This document shows positions 37,185 through 47,176 of a stretch of 64,000 nucleotides of DNA, in pieces; within the stretch, counting starts at the first letter, position 1; each line of letters opens with the position of its first letter. The notes below the pieces were generated by a model. It did not search any database and was not told the origin of the DNA. It worked only from the letters and a program-made list of their open reading frames with translations. Source of the stretch: an uncultured Rhabdochlamydiaceae bacterium (lineage in GTDB: Bacteria > Chlamydiota > Chlamydiia > Chlamydiales > Rhabdochlamydiaceae); NCBI GenBank assembly GCA_963712275.1, contig CAVQHD010000001.1, positions 1,184,001 to 1,248,000 of the forward strand, in the 5' to 3' direction. The translations under genes and the position numbers were made by a program.

Positions 37185-39311
37185 CGTGCTAGTGGTTTTA
37201 AACTCATCGAAAACATCATCCAATAGGGCATCCTGGGAAATTTTTTGCAGTTCCTCTACAAGCCGATTGTAATGAGAGACTTTTCTTTGTGAAAGATTGA
37301 ATCTTTTATTCAATTCCGCGGTTTCTGCAGGACTGAGGGTTGATGAAGAAAGCTTATCTTTTAACTCGTCCAAAGCTTTTTTCTCATCTCCTAATGCTTT
37401 ACTTGCGTTTGAGATAATTTCTGAACGATCTTCGGGAGACATAGTTTTAGCCAGTTCAACGCAGTTATTAAAATTTTCCTTACCAAAAGTGAGTTCCTCT
37501 TCAGGGGTCAATAAAGGGGGTTCTATCTGTTTTCCCGTATTTTCATCTGAAGAAGGGCGTGGTTGGGGTCTCTCCATTGGATCATCTAATGAGGTAAGAT
37601 CATCAACCTCATCCAATATATCATCGAGAGGGGATTGTTCAGGGGAGAAAGACTCTATCTCCTTGAGAAATCTCTGCGTAAATAAAATTGTATTTGATAT
37701 ATTATTTAGTTTAAAAGGTGCCTCTTCTTGTTCCGAAGGATTCAGCTGTTGTGAATTCATCTGGGATTTTAGCTGTAATTCTTGCTCTTGTAACCATTGG
37801 AAATCGACGCGTAGCTCTGCTATGTACTGCTGACGCTCTTTTAGGGAAAGGCTTTTGAAGAGATTCACTTGCCGTTGAAAATAGGCTTCATCGAACGTGG
37901 GTGGTCCCGAGTGTATCGGAATATTGTTTGCTCCGTTTGTCTGGGGATGAGCAGGATATCCTCCTGAGGAAAGCAGCGCAAACATCCGAGAAGCCATTGC
38001 TGCTTTTGTCTTTTCTGCGAATTTTTTAATGTTTTCATTGGAAGGAACATATTGAGTCAGCTCGGCGTTTTTCAAATGTTTCATGACACGCGGATACAAA
38101 TTTGCTGCATTTTGTCCGTTAGCAAGATCAGTAAGGAAGTCTTTGTTAGAAGGGCCGGGCATGAATATTTTGGCGATTTCTATTTGAGCAACAACTGCTG
38201 GATTTAAGAATTCAAAAACAGGAACTGTCATTGATAGAATCATCCTTTTAAATTTTAATTCATCATTTTGAATTTTTTTTTTTAAATTCTCTGGGATTGT
38301 TTGTAAGATTTCAATAAAAAAGGCAGAGGCTGTTTGCATAGCCTCAGCTATAGCCTCTCCCATTCGATCGTATACCCCTATCGTTTTATCCACAAATGCT
38401 CGAAATTCTGCATCATCAGTGGCAGAAGAAGCTGCTGCCATCAACTCATTCCACTGTGAATTTATAAATTGGAGGTCACAGTGTTTGTTATGGTGGGTGT
38501 GAAATTGTTTTAGGAGGGCTAGAAGTAGTTTGATATGATGAGCGTCGCGCTGTACGTTCATTCCTTGGCATGTATGATCTTCTATCAGTTGTTTGATAGC
38601 GGGGTCATCGCGGTGATCAAATAAATATCTAAAATATTCATCAGTCTTATCGAAGGTTAGAAGTTGTGAAAGGGTTTGGGAGAGAGGATCAGGCTCTGCA
38701 GTATCATCACAATCTTCTATTATTGGCTGGTTGGTATCTACGGAAGATCTAGTTGAACTTTTAAACAGAGTTGCTTTGGAGTTAAGGATTGCCAGATCAA
38801 GATACGAGGATTTATCTGATTCCTTTTGATGATGGGAAGTTAGAGTTAGAGTAAGATGATGAAGGGAAGTTAGGGTAAGAGCTTGGACTGACTTCGATGG
38901 GTTCTTAATATTTTCAGGAGAAGGAGGTCTCTTCAATGGAGGAACAACTTTCTTTGCTTTAAGGAATTTACCGCTCAAAGCACTTCGAACATCTGAATTC
39001 ATCATAGAAATAAATCGAAAAAGTAGACCAAATGGGGTGGCAATACAAGCCAAGAAGAACCGACCTACTTTATAAGCAAGTATGATTACCATCCATCCTT
39101 TCTCTTGTTTAATGGGGATAGGAAATTCTGAGATCCGAGTAGGAAGTTTATTCAAGTTGAAAAGTACAGTGACTGTCCGCCCACCCCATAAATCATGGGC
39201 GGGTTGAAAGCACTTATTAGCCGCACTGTTCAACCATCCACTGATGATGCCAGTCGAGACGATATCAAGCTCTGTTGTAATTAAATTCTTTAAGCTGGTT
39301 AAATAACCCAT
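36966..39311 (-). CDS. Large hypothetical protein (candidate effector)
   Basis: 781 aa; N-terminal hydrophobic segments, helical and acidic regions; 3' end overlaps pncA. Confidence 0.7.
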   Translation of the reverse strand: MGYLTSLKNLITTELDIVSTGIISGWLNSAANKCFQPAHDLWGGRTVTVLFNLNKLPTRISEFPIPIKQEKGWMVIILAYKVGRFFLACIATPFGLLFRFISMMNSDVRSALSGKFLKAKKVVPPLKRPPSPENIKNPSKSVQALTLTSLHHLTLTLTSHHQKESDKSSYLDLAILNSKATLFKSSTRSSVDTNQPIIEDCDDTAEPDPLSQTLSQLLTFDKTDEYFRYLFDHRDDPAIKQLIEDHTCQGMNVQRDAHHIKLLLALLKQFHTHHNKHCDLQFINSQWNELMAAASSATDDAEFRAFVDKTIGVYDRMGEAIAEAMQTASAFFIEILQTIPENLKKKIQNDELKFKRMILSMTVPVFEFLNPAVVAQIEIAKIFMPGPSNKDFLTDLANGQNAANLYPRVMKHLKNAELTQYVPSNENIKKFAEKTKAAMASRMFALLSSGGYPAHPQTNGANNIPIHSGPPTFDEAYFQRQVNLFKSLSLKERQQYIAELRVDFQWLQEQELQLKSQMNSQQLNPSEQEEAPFKLNNISNTILFTQRFLKEIESFSPEQSPLDDILDEVDDLTSLDDPMERPQPRPSSDENTGKQIEPPLLTPEEELTFGKENFNNCVELAKTMSPEDRSEIISNASKALGDEKKALDELKDKLSSSTLSPAETAELNKRFNLSQRKVSHYNRLVEELQKISQDALLDDVFDEFKTTSTLESSAPNLNSVAAQGVEGAAHLGSVDGSTEAGNDGDGKPLSKSIEGGVENAVLQSNPNEHNVGGLAAAEISG

Positions 39312-39421
39312 TCTTGTCCTTCTTCAAGGCTCATTTGAAAAAAAATTGTACCAAAAACGGGATCTTTTGTAACCATTTAATATTTTTGACAGATAGGCGG
39401 TCTCTTGGCTATTGTGGAAAG

Positions 39422-42400
39422 ATGAATAAATTCTTTCTTTTAACATCGCTTCTACCTTTGAGTTTTTTGTTTGGGACAACAGCGACGTGGAATAGCAATG
39501 TCAGTGGAAGTTGGGGGACAGCCGCTAATTGGAATCCTGCTACGGTTCCCAACGCCCAGGGCGACTCAGCGATTTTTCCAAATATGCCAGCTCTTTCGGT
39601 GACATTAGACATCAGCCCCACAATTGGATCGCTCACCTTGAATAGCACAAACAGTTACCAGATTCTCTCCTCCGGAAGCACCTTTCTCACGTTTAGCATC
39701 AGCAGCGGCAGCGCGTCCATCACAGTTCCGAATACAAATACGGCGGCTCAAACAATTTCAGCGCCCCTGACGCTTACATCGAATCTGCTCATCACACAAA
39801 ACAGCGCGGCGGCTTTGACACTCGGGGGAGTCGCCAGTGGGGGAGCAAGCATGACTGTAGCTGGGACGGGAACTGTGGTCCTGACGGCTACGAATGCATT
39901 TTCAGGCGGGCTAATCATTTCAGGGGGAGTGGTTCAGTGCGGCGGCGCGACGGTTCTTCCTTTGGCCAGTTCTGTCACGATGAGCGGAGGGATTTTAAAT
40001 CTGAACAATTTTGCACAGACAATCGGTGGACTGTCGGGGACGAGCAATGTGACGCTTGGATCGGCTGCACTCACTATAATGACGACGGGAGCTAGTAGCT
40101 ATGGGGGACAGATTTCCGGGACAGGGTCTGTGACGGTGGGTGGAACGGGGAGCTTAACGCTGACGGCGGCAAATTCTTATAACGGAGGGACGGTTGTCAG
40201 TGGAGGAAGTCTTATCTTGGGTGTCAATAATGCGCTGAATACTACAGGGACTCTGACGGTTAATACTCCGGGTGTTTTTAATCTCAATAATTTTTCTCAA
40301 ACGGTATCCCTTCTTGCAGGAAATGGATCTGTTGCACTTGGATCGGGAGTTTTAACGATTCAGGGGGCAAATCCTGCGGTTTTTTCTGGGGCGATCAGCG
40401 GCCTTGGGAGCGTGGTTCAAAATGGGTCTGCGACGATCACATTTTCAGGGGCAAACACCTATGGAGGGGGAACAGTTATCAATGGAGGGATTCTTCAGCT
40501 CGGCGCTTCGCAAGCTCTTCCATCAGGGGGCGCCGTGGCGGTGAATGGGGGGACATTTGATTTGCATAATTTTTCACAAACGGTGGGGAATTTGACAGGG
40601 GCGGGTAATGTGACCTTAGGAACGGGACAGCTTACGGTGATACTGACCTCTTCTGCTAATTTTTCAGGCGTCATCAGCGGAGGTGGTTCTGTTGTTTTTC
40701 AAGGTCCCTTTTCTTGGACGTTTTTGACTCCCCAAACCTATACGGGCGGGACGACTATCAATGCAGGGATTCTTCAAATGGGAGTTCCGAATGGTCTTGC
40801 TTCAGCAGCTCCTGTTGCAGTCAATTTTCCAGGAACTCTATCACTGAATAACAATCCCCTAGCGATTGGATCTTTAGTCGGCGGTGGAGTTGTTTCTCTT
40901 GGAACCGGCAATTTAACCTTAAATACCTCGACTACGACGGTGTTTCCTGGACAAATTGTAGGAGGGGGGCAGCTGATTGTTCAGGGGACGGGAACGCAAG
41001 TTTTGACAGGGATGAACTCGTATTCCGGAGGAACGACTGTTAGTGGCGGGGCTACGCTTCAGGGAACGACGTCAAGTCTGCAAGGGGCGATTGCCAATAA
41101 CGGCACCCTCTTTTTCAACCAAGTCTTTGCTGGATCGTATGGAGGTCCTCTTTCGGGGACAGGGGTCTTACAAGTCGGCGGCGGAGGAGTCCTCACATTA
41201 TCTGGGTCTCCTTCACAAAGCAGTGTCTCTGTGGTGGGAGCTCAGCTGGACATTGCGGCAGGGAGCAACTTGACGGCTCCAACGGTGTCTATTGGAGGTG
41301 GATCAACTCTAGGAGGGGGAGGAATGATCACCGGGTCTGTCAATACAGCGGGCACGATCAATCCAGATCCTGTTTTGACGGTCACTGGAAATGTCACATT
41401 TCAGCCGGGGTCGACGTTTATTGCCGACTTAACACCGACGACGTCGGACCAACTGGCTGTCAGCGGCATCGTGACGATTCAAAGTGGATCGCAAGTGGTT
41501 ATTAGCGCAGCCCGTGGGAACTATGAGGCGGAGACGACCTATCCGATCATTACCTCCGCAGGGGGTGCTGTGGTAGGTCAGTTCCAGTCGTTTGTTCAGA
41601 GCAATCCATTTCTTGATATCGAATTTATTTATAACCGGCTTCTCCCGGGATCTGTCGAGATCGATCTGACGATTACGCCGTTTTTTGAGATCATTCACAG
41701 CGGAAATGCGGGGGCGATTTCAAAATGTATTACATTCCAAAATCTTCGTAGTGATCACGATCTTGAACAACTTATTGCGGACCTTATTTTTCTCACAGTA
41801 GACGAGGTGAAATCGATCTTAGAGGAGATGCAACCCTCCGAGCTTCGAGCGCTTACGGTGGCGGAGCAAAATAACGCCCTCTTTGCTCAGCAGGCTATCT
41901 CTTGGAGAATGGCGGAATTTGACAGAACTGAGTGTGAGTGGGAAGCTTCTCGTTGCCATCCTTGGAACGTATGGGCAAGCCTTGGAGGAAACTGGACCGA
42001 TCAGCGGCCGGCAGACCATCAAGTGGGTTACCACTCTCCTGCACTTGCAGCCGTTTTGGGGTTTGATGGGAAGATAGCAGAGAACCTTTATCTTGGAATC
42101 GGGGTTGAATATGGGTACGCAGAGCTGACCTGGAGGGAAAATCGGGGCTCTTCTAGAACTAACCGGGTCTCGGCAGGCCCTTATTTGAGCTGGGCTGGGC
42201 GGTATGGCTATCTTAATGGGACCGCTTGGGGATCGTATGCCCATTTTGATACCACTCGCCAGATCCCTTTCTTTGGCCGGAAGGCTTTGAGCACGCATGG
42301 AGGACAGTCACTTCTAGCGCATCTGGATGGGGGAATTGTTCTTCACCCTGCTCCTCGAGTCTCACTTACTCCCTTTGCAGCCATCGATTATATCCGAGGA

Positions 42401-42787
42401 TGGGAGCAGGCGTTTCAAGAGAGGGGGGCAGAGTCGTTAAATTTTTCCATTGCTTCTTCGATCTCCTCTTTCATTCGAACGGAGGTAGGATTAAAGATAT
42501 CAAAGTGCGCTGTTCGCTCCCATGGAAAGTGGGTGCACGATCTGAAGGCAAGTTGGGTTTATGAAAACAGATATCATGGGCATGACTTAAGTGCCACGTT
42601 CAGGCAAGTCCCTTGTGGGTTTACCGTTCAAGGTCTTTACCCTTCCCGCAGTCTTTTAGATGTTGGCATGGGGCTGACCTTCCTCTTCAAGGAAGACCGC
42701 TTTGCAGCCACCTTGCGATATGAAGGGCAATTTGGCGAGGCGATCACGCTACAGAGCAGCATCGCTCAGCTCCTCATCCGGTTTTGA
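39422..42787 (+). CDS. Autotransporter with passenger-associated repeats and C-terminal beta-barrel
   Basis: Signal peptide, repeated G.G.LTL...N.Y.GGT.V.GG.L units, C-terminal ...QLLIRF. Confidence 0.92.
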   Translation: MNKFFLLTSLLPLSFLFGTTATWNSNVSGSWGTAANWNPATVPNAQGDSAIFPNMPALSVTLDISPTIGSLTLNSTNSYQILSSGSTFLTFSISSGSASITVPNTNTAAQTISAPLTLTSNLLITQNSAAALTLGGVASGGASMTVAGTGTVVLTATNAFSGGLIISGGVVQCGGATVLPLASSVTMSGGILNLNNFAQTIGGLSGTSNVTLGSAALTIMTTGASSYGGQISGTGSVTVGGTGSLTLTAANSYNGGTVVSGGSLILGVNNALNTTGTLTVNTPGVFNLNNFSQTVSLLAGNGSVALGSGVLTIQGANPAVFSGAISGLGSVVQNGSATITFSGANTYGGGTVINGGILQLGASQALPSGGAVAVNGGTFDLHNFSQTVGNLTGAGNVTLGTGQLTVILTSSANFSGVISGGGSVVFQGPFSWTFLTPQTYTGGTTINAGILQMGVPNGLASAAPVAVNFPGTLSLNNNPLAIGSLVGGGVVSLGTGNLTLNTSTTTVFPGQIVGGGQLIVQGTGTQVLTGMNSYSGGTTVSGGATLQGTTSSLQGAIANNGTLFFNQVFAGSYGGPLSGTGVLQVGGGGVLTLSGSPSQSSVSVVGAQLDIAAGSNLTAPTVSIGGGSTLGGGGMITGSVNTAGTINPDPVLTVTGNVTFQPGSTFIADLTPTTSDQLAVSGIVTIQSGSQVVISAARGNYEAETTYPIITSAGGAVVGQFQSFVQSNPFLDIEFIYNRLLPGSVEIDLTITPFFEIIHSGNAGAISKCITFQNLRSDHDLEQLIADLIFLTVDEVKSILEEMQPSELRALTVAEQNNALFAQQAISWRMAEFDRTECEWEASRCHPWNVWASLGGNWTDQRPADHQVGYHSPALAAVLGFDGKIAENLYLGIGVEYGYAELTWRENRGSSRTNRVSAGPYLSWAGRYGYLNGTAWGSYAHFDTTRQIPFFGRKALSTHGGQSLLAHLDGGIVLHPAPRVSLTPFAAIDYIRGWEQAFQERGAESLNFSIASSISSFIRTEVGLKISKCAVRSHGKWVHDLKASWVYENRYHGHDLSATFRQVPCGFTVQGLYPSRSLLDVGMGLTFLFKEDRFAATLRYEGQFGEAITLQSSIAQLLIRF

Positions 42788-44347
42788 GATATAAGGAACG
42801 TAGATGGTTAATATTCCCGTGTCATCAAGAGAAGCCTTGATTCGATCGACATCAACGGCTTTTTTAGGGCGGTACAAAGATCCCACTAGGAACAGCTCCA
42901 TGGGAAGTTCAGAGCGTAGTGTGATATATCCTGTTTTTTTGAGGTCAGGAAATCTCTCTGCCATGTCTCTATGAAGAAGATGGATATGTAACAGGTTTTG
43001 GTCATACACAATGTCAATACGAGGTTTTCCACAGGCGGCGAGTTTTACGCAGTATTCATATTTCTTTTCTCCTTGCCAGAGTATTTTAGGGCTTGGTAAA
43101 TCAGAAGAAATAGGCTGTAAACGGCTCGAATTCAAAGGAACAACGTTATCTGTTCCAAGTTCGATGTATTTGGCTTGAGGAGAAAGGTAAACTCCTGCAA
43201 AAAGATTTTTACCCCATTGGTAATAGTCAAGAGGCACATCTTCATCATCAAAAAAACGATTCGTGGAATAATTTAATTCTTGCTTGCCAGTTTTTAGACA
43301 CTCGTCAACAGAAACCTCCTCAATTCGCCCAGTGATGTACTGATGAAGAAAGGGTGTCAAGGTTAAGACGTAAAGATGGTTTTCTAAAATAAACCAGAGT
43401 TGATTATCAATGCATGCTTGAGAAAAAAGGGAAGAAGGGAGTTCTATCTCTTTAGGTTGTTGGTTGGGAATGTTAATAACACAGCGGTGGATTCGGTCGT
43501 TTGGGTTGACTTTAAGAAAATCTCCACTTAGCAATTGGATTGTTGTGGCAAAAGAGAAAGATTGATCCCTCCCAATGTAATACGTCGTACGCCAAGCGAT
43601 ATGTATTGTTCCTTTGGATGTTGCTTCTTTGTATTGAGAAAGAGCCTGAGTTTGCAGTTTTTCTTCAAGGCTCCTAAAAGGGATAGGTGGAGAGGAGGTT
43701 GTCGCTGAGTCCTCAAAGTTGTCTTGCTCAGAGTATAAATCTTCTTCCTGAGCCTCTTGCGGGGTAGGGGGCTCTTTTTCAGGGCTTATAGAAGAGATGA
43801 GCGGAGGTGCAGTTGTTGCTGAGTCCACACAGTTGTCTTGCACAGAATGTAAGTCTTCTTTCTGAGCCCCTTGTGGGATAGGGAGCTCTTTTGCAGGATT
43901 CATAGAAGAGATGGACGGAGAGGGGGTTGTTGCTGAATCCCCAAAGTTGTCTTGCTCAGAGTATAAATCTTCTTCCTGAGCCTCTTGCGGGGTAGGGGGC
44001 TCTTTTTCAGGGCTCATAGAAGAGGTTATCATTGTGTCCTTGGAACCGTCTTGCGAAAGGCATGGAACTTCTCGCTGAGCCTCTTGCGTAACAGCAGGAG
44101 GATCTTCTTTGGCTGGCGAGAAAATATATCCTAGGAACGTATGGCGCAAAAGAAATTGCCAGAGAGAAGAGAGTGTATCCATCACTTTTTTGTAGGGACT
44201 TTGAGGCTTTTCAAGAGAGCTTAAAGTGCTTTCAGGGTTTTGCTGCGGGGTCGAATGAGGGGTGGAAGGTGTCCAAATGGATTCGGAAGTGGCTTTCACA
44301 ACGGCTGTAAAATATCGATAGATCCCTTCTAGGCTCATACTGAACAA
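42749..44347 (-). CDS. Hypothetical protein with 38-aa acidic repeats and a possible HSP20-like C-terminus
   Basis: SPEKEPPTPQEAQEEDLYSEQDNF repeats; VDVDRIKASLDDTGILTIYVP. Confidence 0.65.
   Translation of the reverse strand: MFSMSLEGIYRYFTAVVKATSESIWTPSTPHSTPQQNPESTLSSLEKPQSPYKKVMDTLSSLWQFLLRHTFLGYIFSPAKEDPPAVTQEAQREVPCLSQDGSKDTMITSSMSPEKEPPTPQEAQEEDLYSEQDNFGDSATTPSPSISSMNPAKELPIPQGAQKEDLHSVQDNCVDSATTAPPLISSISPEKEPPTPQEAQEEDLYSEQDNFEDSATTSSPPIPFRSLEEKLQTQALSQYKEATSKGTIHIAWRTTYYIGRDQSFSFATTIQLLSGDFLKVNPNDRIHRCVINIPNQQPKEIELPSSLFSQACIDNQLWFILENHLYVLTLTPFLHQYITGRIEEVSVDECLKTGKQELNYSTNRFFDDEDVPLDYYQWGKNLFAGVYLSPQAKYIELGTDNVVPLNSSRLQPISSDLPSPKILWQGEKKYEYCVKLAACGKPRIDIVYDQNLLHIHLLHRDMAERFPDLKKTGYITLRSELPMELFLVGSLYRPKKAVDVDRIKASLDDTGILTIYVPYISKPDEELSDAAL
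43690..44100. repeat. Intragenic ~114-bp tandem repeat, about 3.5 units
   Basis: 73-bp identical blocks at 43714-43786 and 43942-44014, 228 bp apart, with a diverged unit between them. Confidence 0.8.
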
Positions 44348-44378
44348 CTGCTTTTTTGAAGGATCAATTTTATTATTT

Positions 44379-45803
44379 TTACCCTTTAATCACAAGGCCG
44401 GGCGTGAGGCGGGCGACGCGATCGGCAAGCTGCGCCTCCTCGACAGCTTGAACGACTTCGTCGACATCTTTATAGGCGTTGGGCATCTCTGCTTTGACGG
44501 TCTCCTCGGAAGAGGCGAGGACTTTGACTCCTTTAGACGACATATAGTCGAAGACATCTTTACCTTGCCATGCTTTGCTTGATTTAATGCGGCTTAAGGT
44601 GCGGCCGGCTCCATGGCAGGCGGTACACCATGTCAGAGGATTCCCTTTGCCAACCATGAGGTGGCTTGCGCGCCCCATATCTCCTGGCACTAGAACAGGT
44701 TGCCCTGTGGCTTGAAAAAGAGGGGAGAGTTCTTGTGCTTTTGGCCCAAAGGCTCTAGTCGCTCCTTTACGGTGGACGCAAAGGCGGCGGGGCGCTCCAT
44801 CGACAATATGGGTTTCAAACTTGGCGATATTGTGACAGACGTCGTAGAGGAGTTTGATTGTGCGGGGCTGTATTTGGAGGGTTTCGTGAAACGCTTTCCG
44901 GATGGCGTGCAAAATTTGCTGCCGGTTGTTGAAGGCAAAATTGGCAGCAGCTGCCATGGCTTGAAAATAGGTTTGCCCTTCGACGCTTTGAATAGGGGCG
45001 GAAACCAGCTGCGGATCAGGAAGATGGCGCGCAAACCCTTTGTGAAAAAAGAGGTTGAGGGTGTCTTGGCAGATTTGGTGGCCGAAACCTCGAGATCCTG
45101 AATGGATCAAAATGTAGGTCATGCCTTCTTCAACACCCCATTGATTTGCAATGCGGGGGTCGAAGAGCTGCCCGACAGCTCCAATTTCGACGAAGTGATT
45201 GCCAGATCCAATGGAGCCGAGCTGCTCTCGTCCGCGTTGTTTGGCAAGAGATGAAACTACGGAGAGATCGGCTTCTTCAAGCACCCCGCCGCTTTCGATA
45301 TGATCTAAATCCTCGGGAAACCCATATCCCTGTTCAACCGACCAGCGAGCCCCGCGGCGTGTCAGGTTATTGTAATCATCTTCAGAGAGTTGTTTGCCAT
45401 GGTGTCCATGGCCGACTCCAGAGGGTACGCTGGAGAAGATTCGGTGGATCAGCCGCTCTTTTTGATCATGGGAAAGATCTTGGAAGGAGATCGGGGCAAG
45501 GGCAAGCCGGACGCCGCAGTTGATATCATATCCGACGCCTCCGGGGCTAATCACGCCTGTTTCAATGTCCATGGCGGCAACCCCTCCAATTGGAAATCCA
45601 TACCCCCAGTGGATATCGGGCATCGCAATGCTATATCCGATGATGCCGGGAAGGCAAGCGACATTGCGGAGTTGTTTGAGGGGCTCTTCAAGGTCCATCG
45701 TCTGTAAGAGCTGAGATGAGGCAATGATGAGTCCTGGGACAAGCATCCCCCCTTCACGCGGCACTTCATAGGTCGCAGGGGCGATTTTTTTAAGCTTAGA
45801 CAT
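44379..45803 (-). CDS. rtcB: RNA-splicing/repair ligase RtcB
   Basis: MPDIHWGYGFPIGG, DINCGVR, GSGNHF, HSGSRG, HRKGAT and HGAGR motifs. Confidence 0.95.
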   Translation of the reverse strand: MSKLKKIAPATYEVPREGGMLVPGLIIASSQLLQTMDLEEPLKQLRNVACLPGIIGYSIAMPDIHWGYGFPIGGVAAMDIETGVISPGGVGYDINCGVRLALAPISFQDLSHDQKERLIHRIFSSVPSGVGHGHHGKQLSEDDYNNLTRRGARWSVEQGYGFPEDLDHIESGGVLEEADLSVVSSLAKQRGREQLGSIGSGNHFVEIGAVGQLFDPRIANQWGVEEGMTYILIHSGSRGFGHQICQDTLNLFFHKGFARHLPDPQLVSAPIQSVEGQTYFQAMAAAANFAFNNRQQILHAIRKAFHETLQIQPRTIKLLYDVCHNIAKFETHIVDGAPRRLCVHRKGATRAFGPKAQELSPLFQATGQPVLVPGDMGRASHLMVGKGNPLTWCTACHGAGRTLSRIKSSKAWQGKDVFDYMSSKGVKVLASSEETVKAEMPNAYKDVDEVVQAVEEAQLADRVARLTPGLVIKG

Positions 45804-46575
45804 CGACAATCATCGTCCATTCGAGAAGGTGATTCTCTTTTGCGGCAATATTAGCATGGTAGGAGACGGCCTTCAACCCAATTCCCTCGCGCATGTCGAT
45901 TTCGGCAATCCACTGGTTGAGTAGGTGGACAATCTCTTCAAAGGAGTTGCAAGGAGAAAGCTTATCAAGGTAGGAGCGAAAAGCGGGAAAGGAAAATGAT
46001 AAGGCAAGAAGTGCATGATAAGCCAGCTGAGAAAAATTTTGCCCCCGAATTGTGTAAGCAAGATCGGCTGTATGCTCGATCTCCTCAAATGGAGAGATCG
46101 ATGGATCAGTCCAAATCGGAGCATAGGTAGAGTGCCCTAAACTTTTCCAGAGGGCAATGCCTCGAATGAAAAATGGGATTTGGCAGGGGAAATGGCTCCA
46201 CGCCGCAGGATCAAACGGAGCTCTTGCAACTGTGGCATGGGGAAGAAGCTCTTTTTTAAGAGTTTTAAACTGCTCCGATAAGTTTTTTTGATACTCGAAA
46301 AAAGCTTCCTTCTCTTGAAAAAAAGAGGCTTCAGCTGCGACAACTCGAGGAGAGAATGTGGGAAGAAAGATCCATTTTTGAAGAAGTCCTGAAGGTCCTA
46401 TATGCCAAGAGGGACGTGGGATTTGATCGATTTGTTTTAAAATAGCTTCTCGATCGGTCATCCCTAGAAAGGCTATTGTCAGATGCCGAAACTCCTCAGC
46501 GACAATCCGACCTGGAGGAAAGTGAGAAGGCCATGCAGCGGCAAGCTCTGCCGCAAAAAACAACTTTTCTTTCAT
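45796..46575 (-). CDS. 2H phosphoesterase (LigT/ThpR-like) fused to archease
   Basis: HLTIAFLG and PHATVAR 2H motifs; FEEIEHTADL, LKAVSYH and terminal IVDV archease motifs. Confidence 0.8.
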   Translation of the reverse strand: MKEKLFFAAELAAAWPSHFPPGRIVAEEFRHLTIAFLGMTDREAILKQIDQIPRPSWHIGPSGLLQKWIFLPTFSPRVVAAEASFFQEKEAFFEYQKNLSEQFKTLKKELLPHATVARAPFDPAAWSHFPCQIPFFIRGIALWKSLGHSTYAPIWTDPSISPFEEIEHTADLAYTIRGQNFSQLAYHALLALSFSFPAFRSYLDKLSPCNSFEEIVHLLNQWIAEIDMREGIGLKAVSYHANIAAKENHLLEWTMIVDV

Positions 46576-46997
46576 TTGTCAAGGTTTGCCACAGTTAGGC
46601 GGCTGATGGCAATGAGCCGCGCCTGATCGTCCCGGATCTCGATCGACCAGACTTGGGTTGTGCGGCCGATGTGGTAGGGGAATGTTTTGGCTTTCAATAT
46701 TCCTGACTTCATGGGCTTCAAGTGATTGATGTTTAAATCAAGGCCGACACAGGTTTGCCGCTCAGAATCAATGACGCAACTGGCTGCAACACTGGCAAGG
46801 GTTTCTGCAAGGACTGCTGAGGCGCCTCCATGCAAAATGCCCACTGGTTGCAGATGGTGGGATTCAATCGGCATCTCGGCAATCAAATAGTCAGCTCCAA
46901 TTTCTATGAAGACAATCCCCATGTGAGAGACGAGGGAGTTTTCACAGCGGCGCTGAAGATCTTGCAATGTAAACGAAAATTTCCAAATAGGTTTCAT
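46572..46997 (-). CDS. Hotdog-fold thioesterase (MenI/YdiI-like)
   Basis: HLQPVGILHGGASAVLAET and GLDLNINHL motifs. Confidence 0.88.
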   Translation of the reverse strand: MKPIWKFSFTLQDLQRRCENSLVSHMGIVFIEIGADYLIAEMPIESHHLQPVGILHGGASAVLAETLASVAASCVIDSERQTCVGLDLNINHLKPMKSGILKAKTFPYHIGRTTQVWSIEIRDDQARLIAISRLTVANLDK

Positions 46998-47004
46998 CTT
47001 TTAA

Positions 47005-47118
47005 GAGCCTGTCTACGAAGTTAGGTTTCGTCGTTTTTTGGGATTATTTTTGCCAATTCTTGATCCATTTGTTGGGGATAATATACGAAAGTTGATATTA
47101 CTCCCAACAAATCGATCA
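47005..47118. mobile_element. Palindromic element, copy 4, truncated in the right arm
   Basis: GAGCCTGTCT...AGGTTTCGTCGTTTTTTGGGA...TAATATACGAAAGTTGATATTA loop; pairing ends after AAATCGATCA. Confidence 0.8.
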
Positions 47119-47176
47119 CCTGATTAAAAAAATAGATTTACAACCTAAAAAAATGTCATTCGTGTAGAATTTAACC

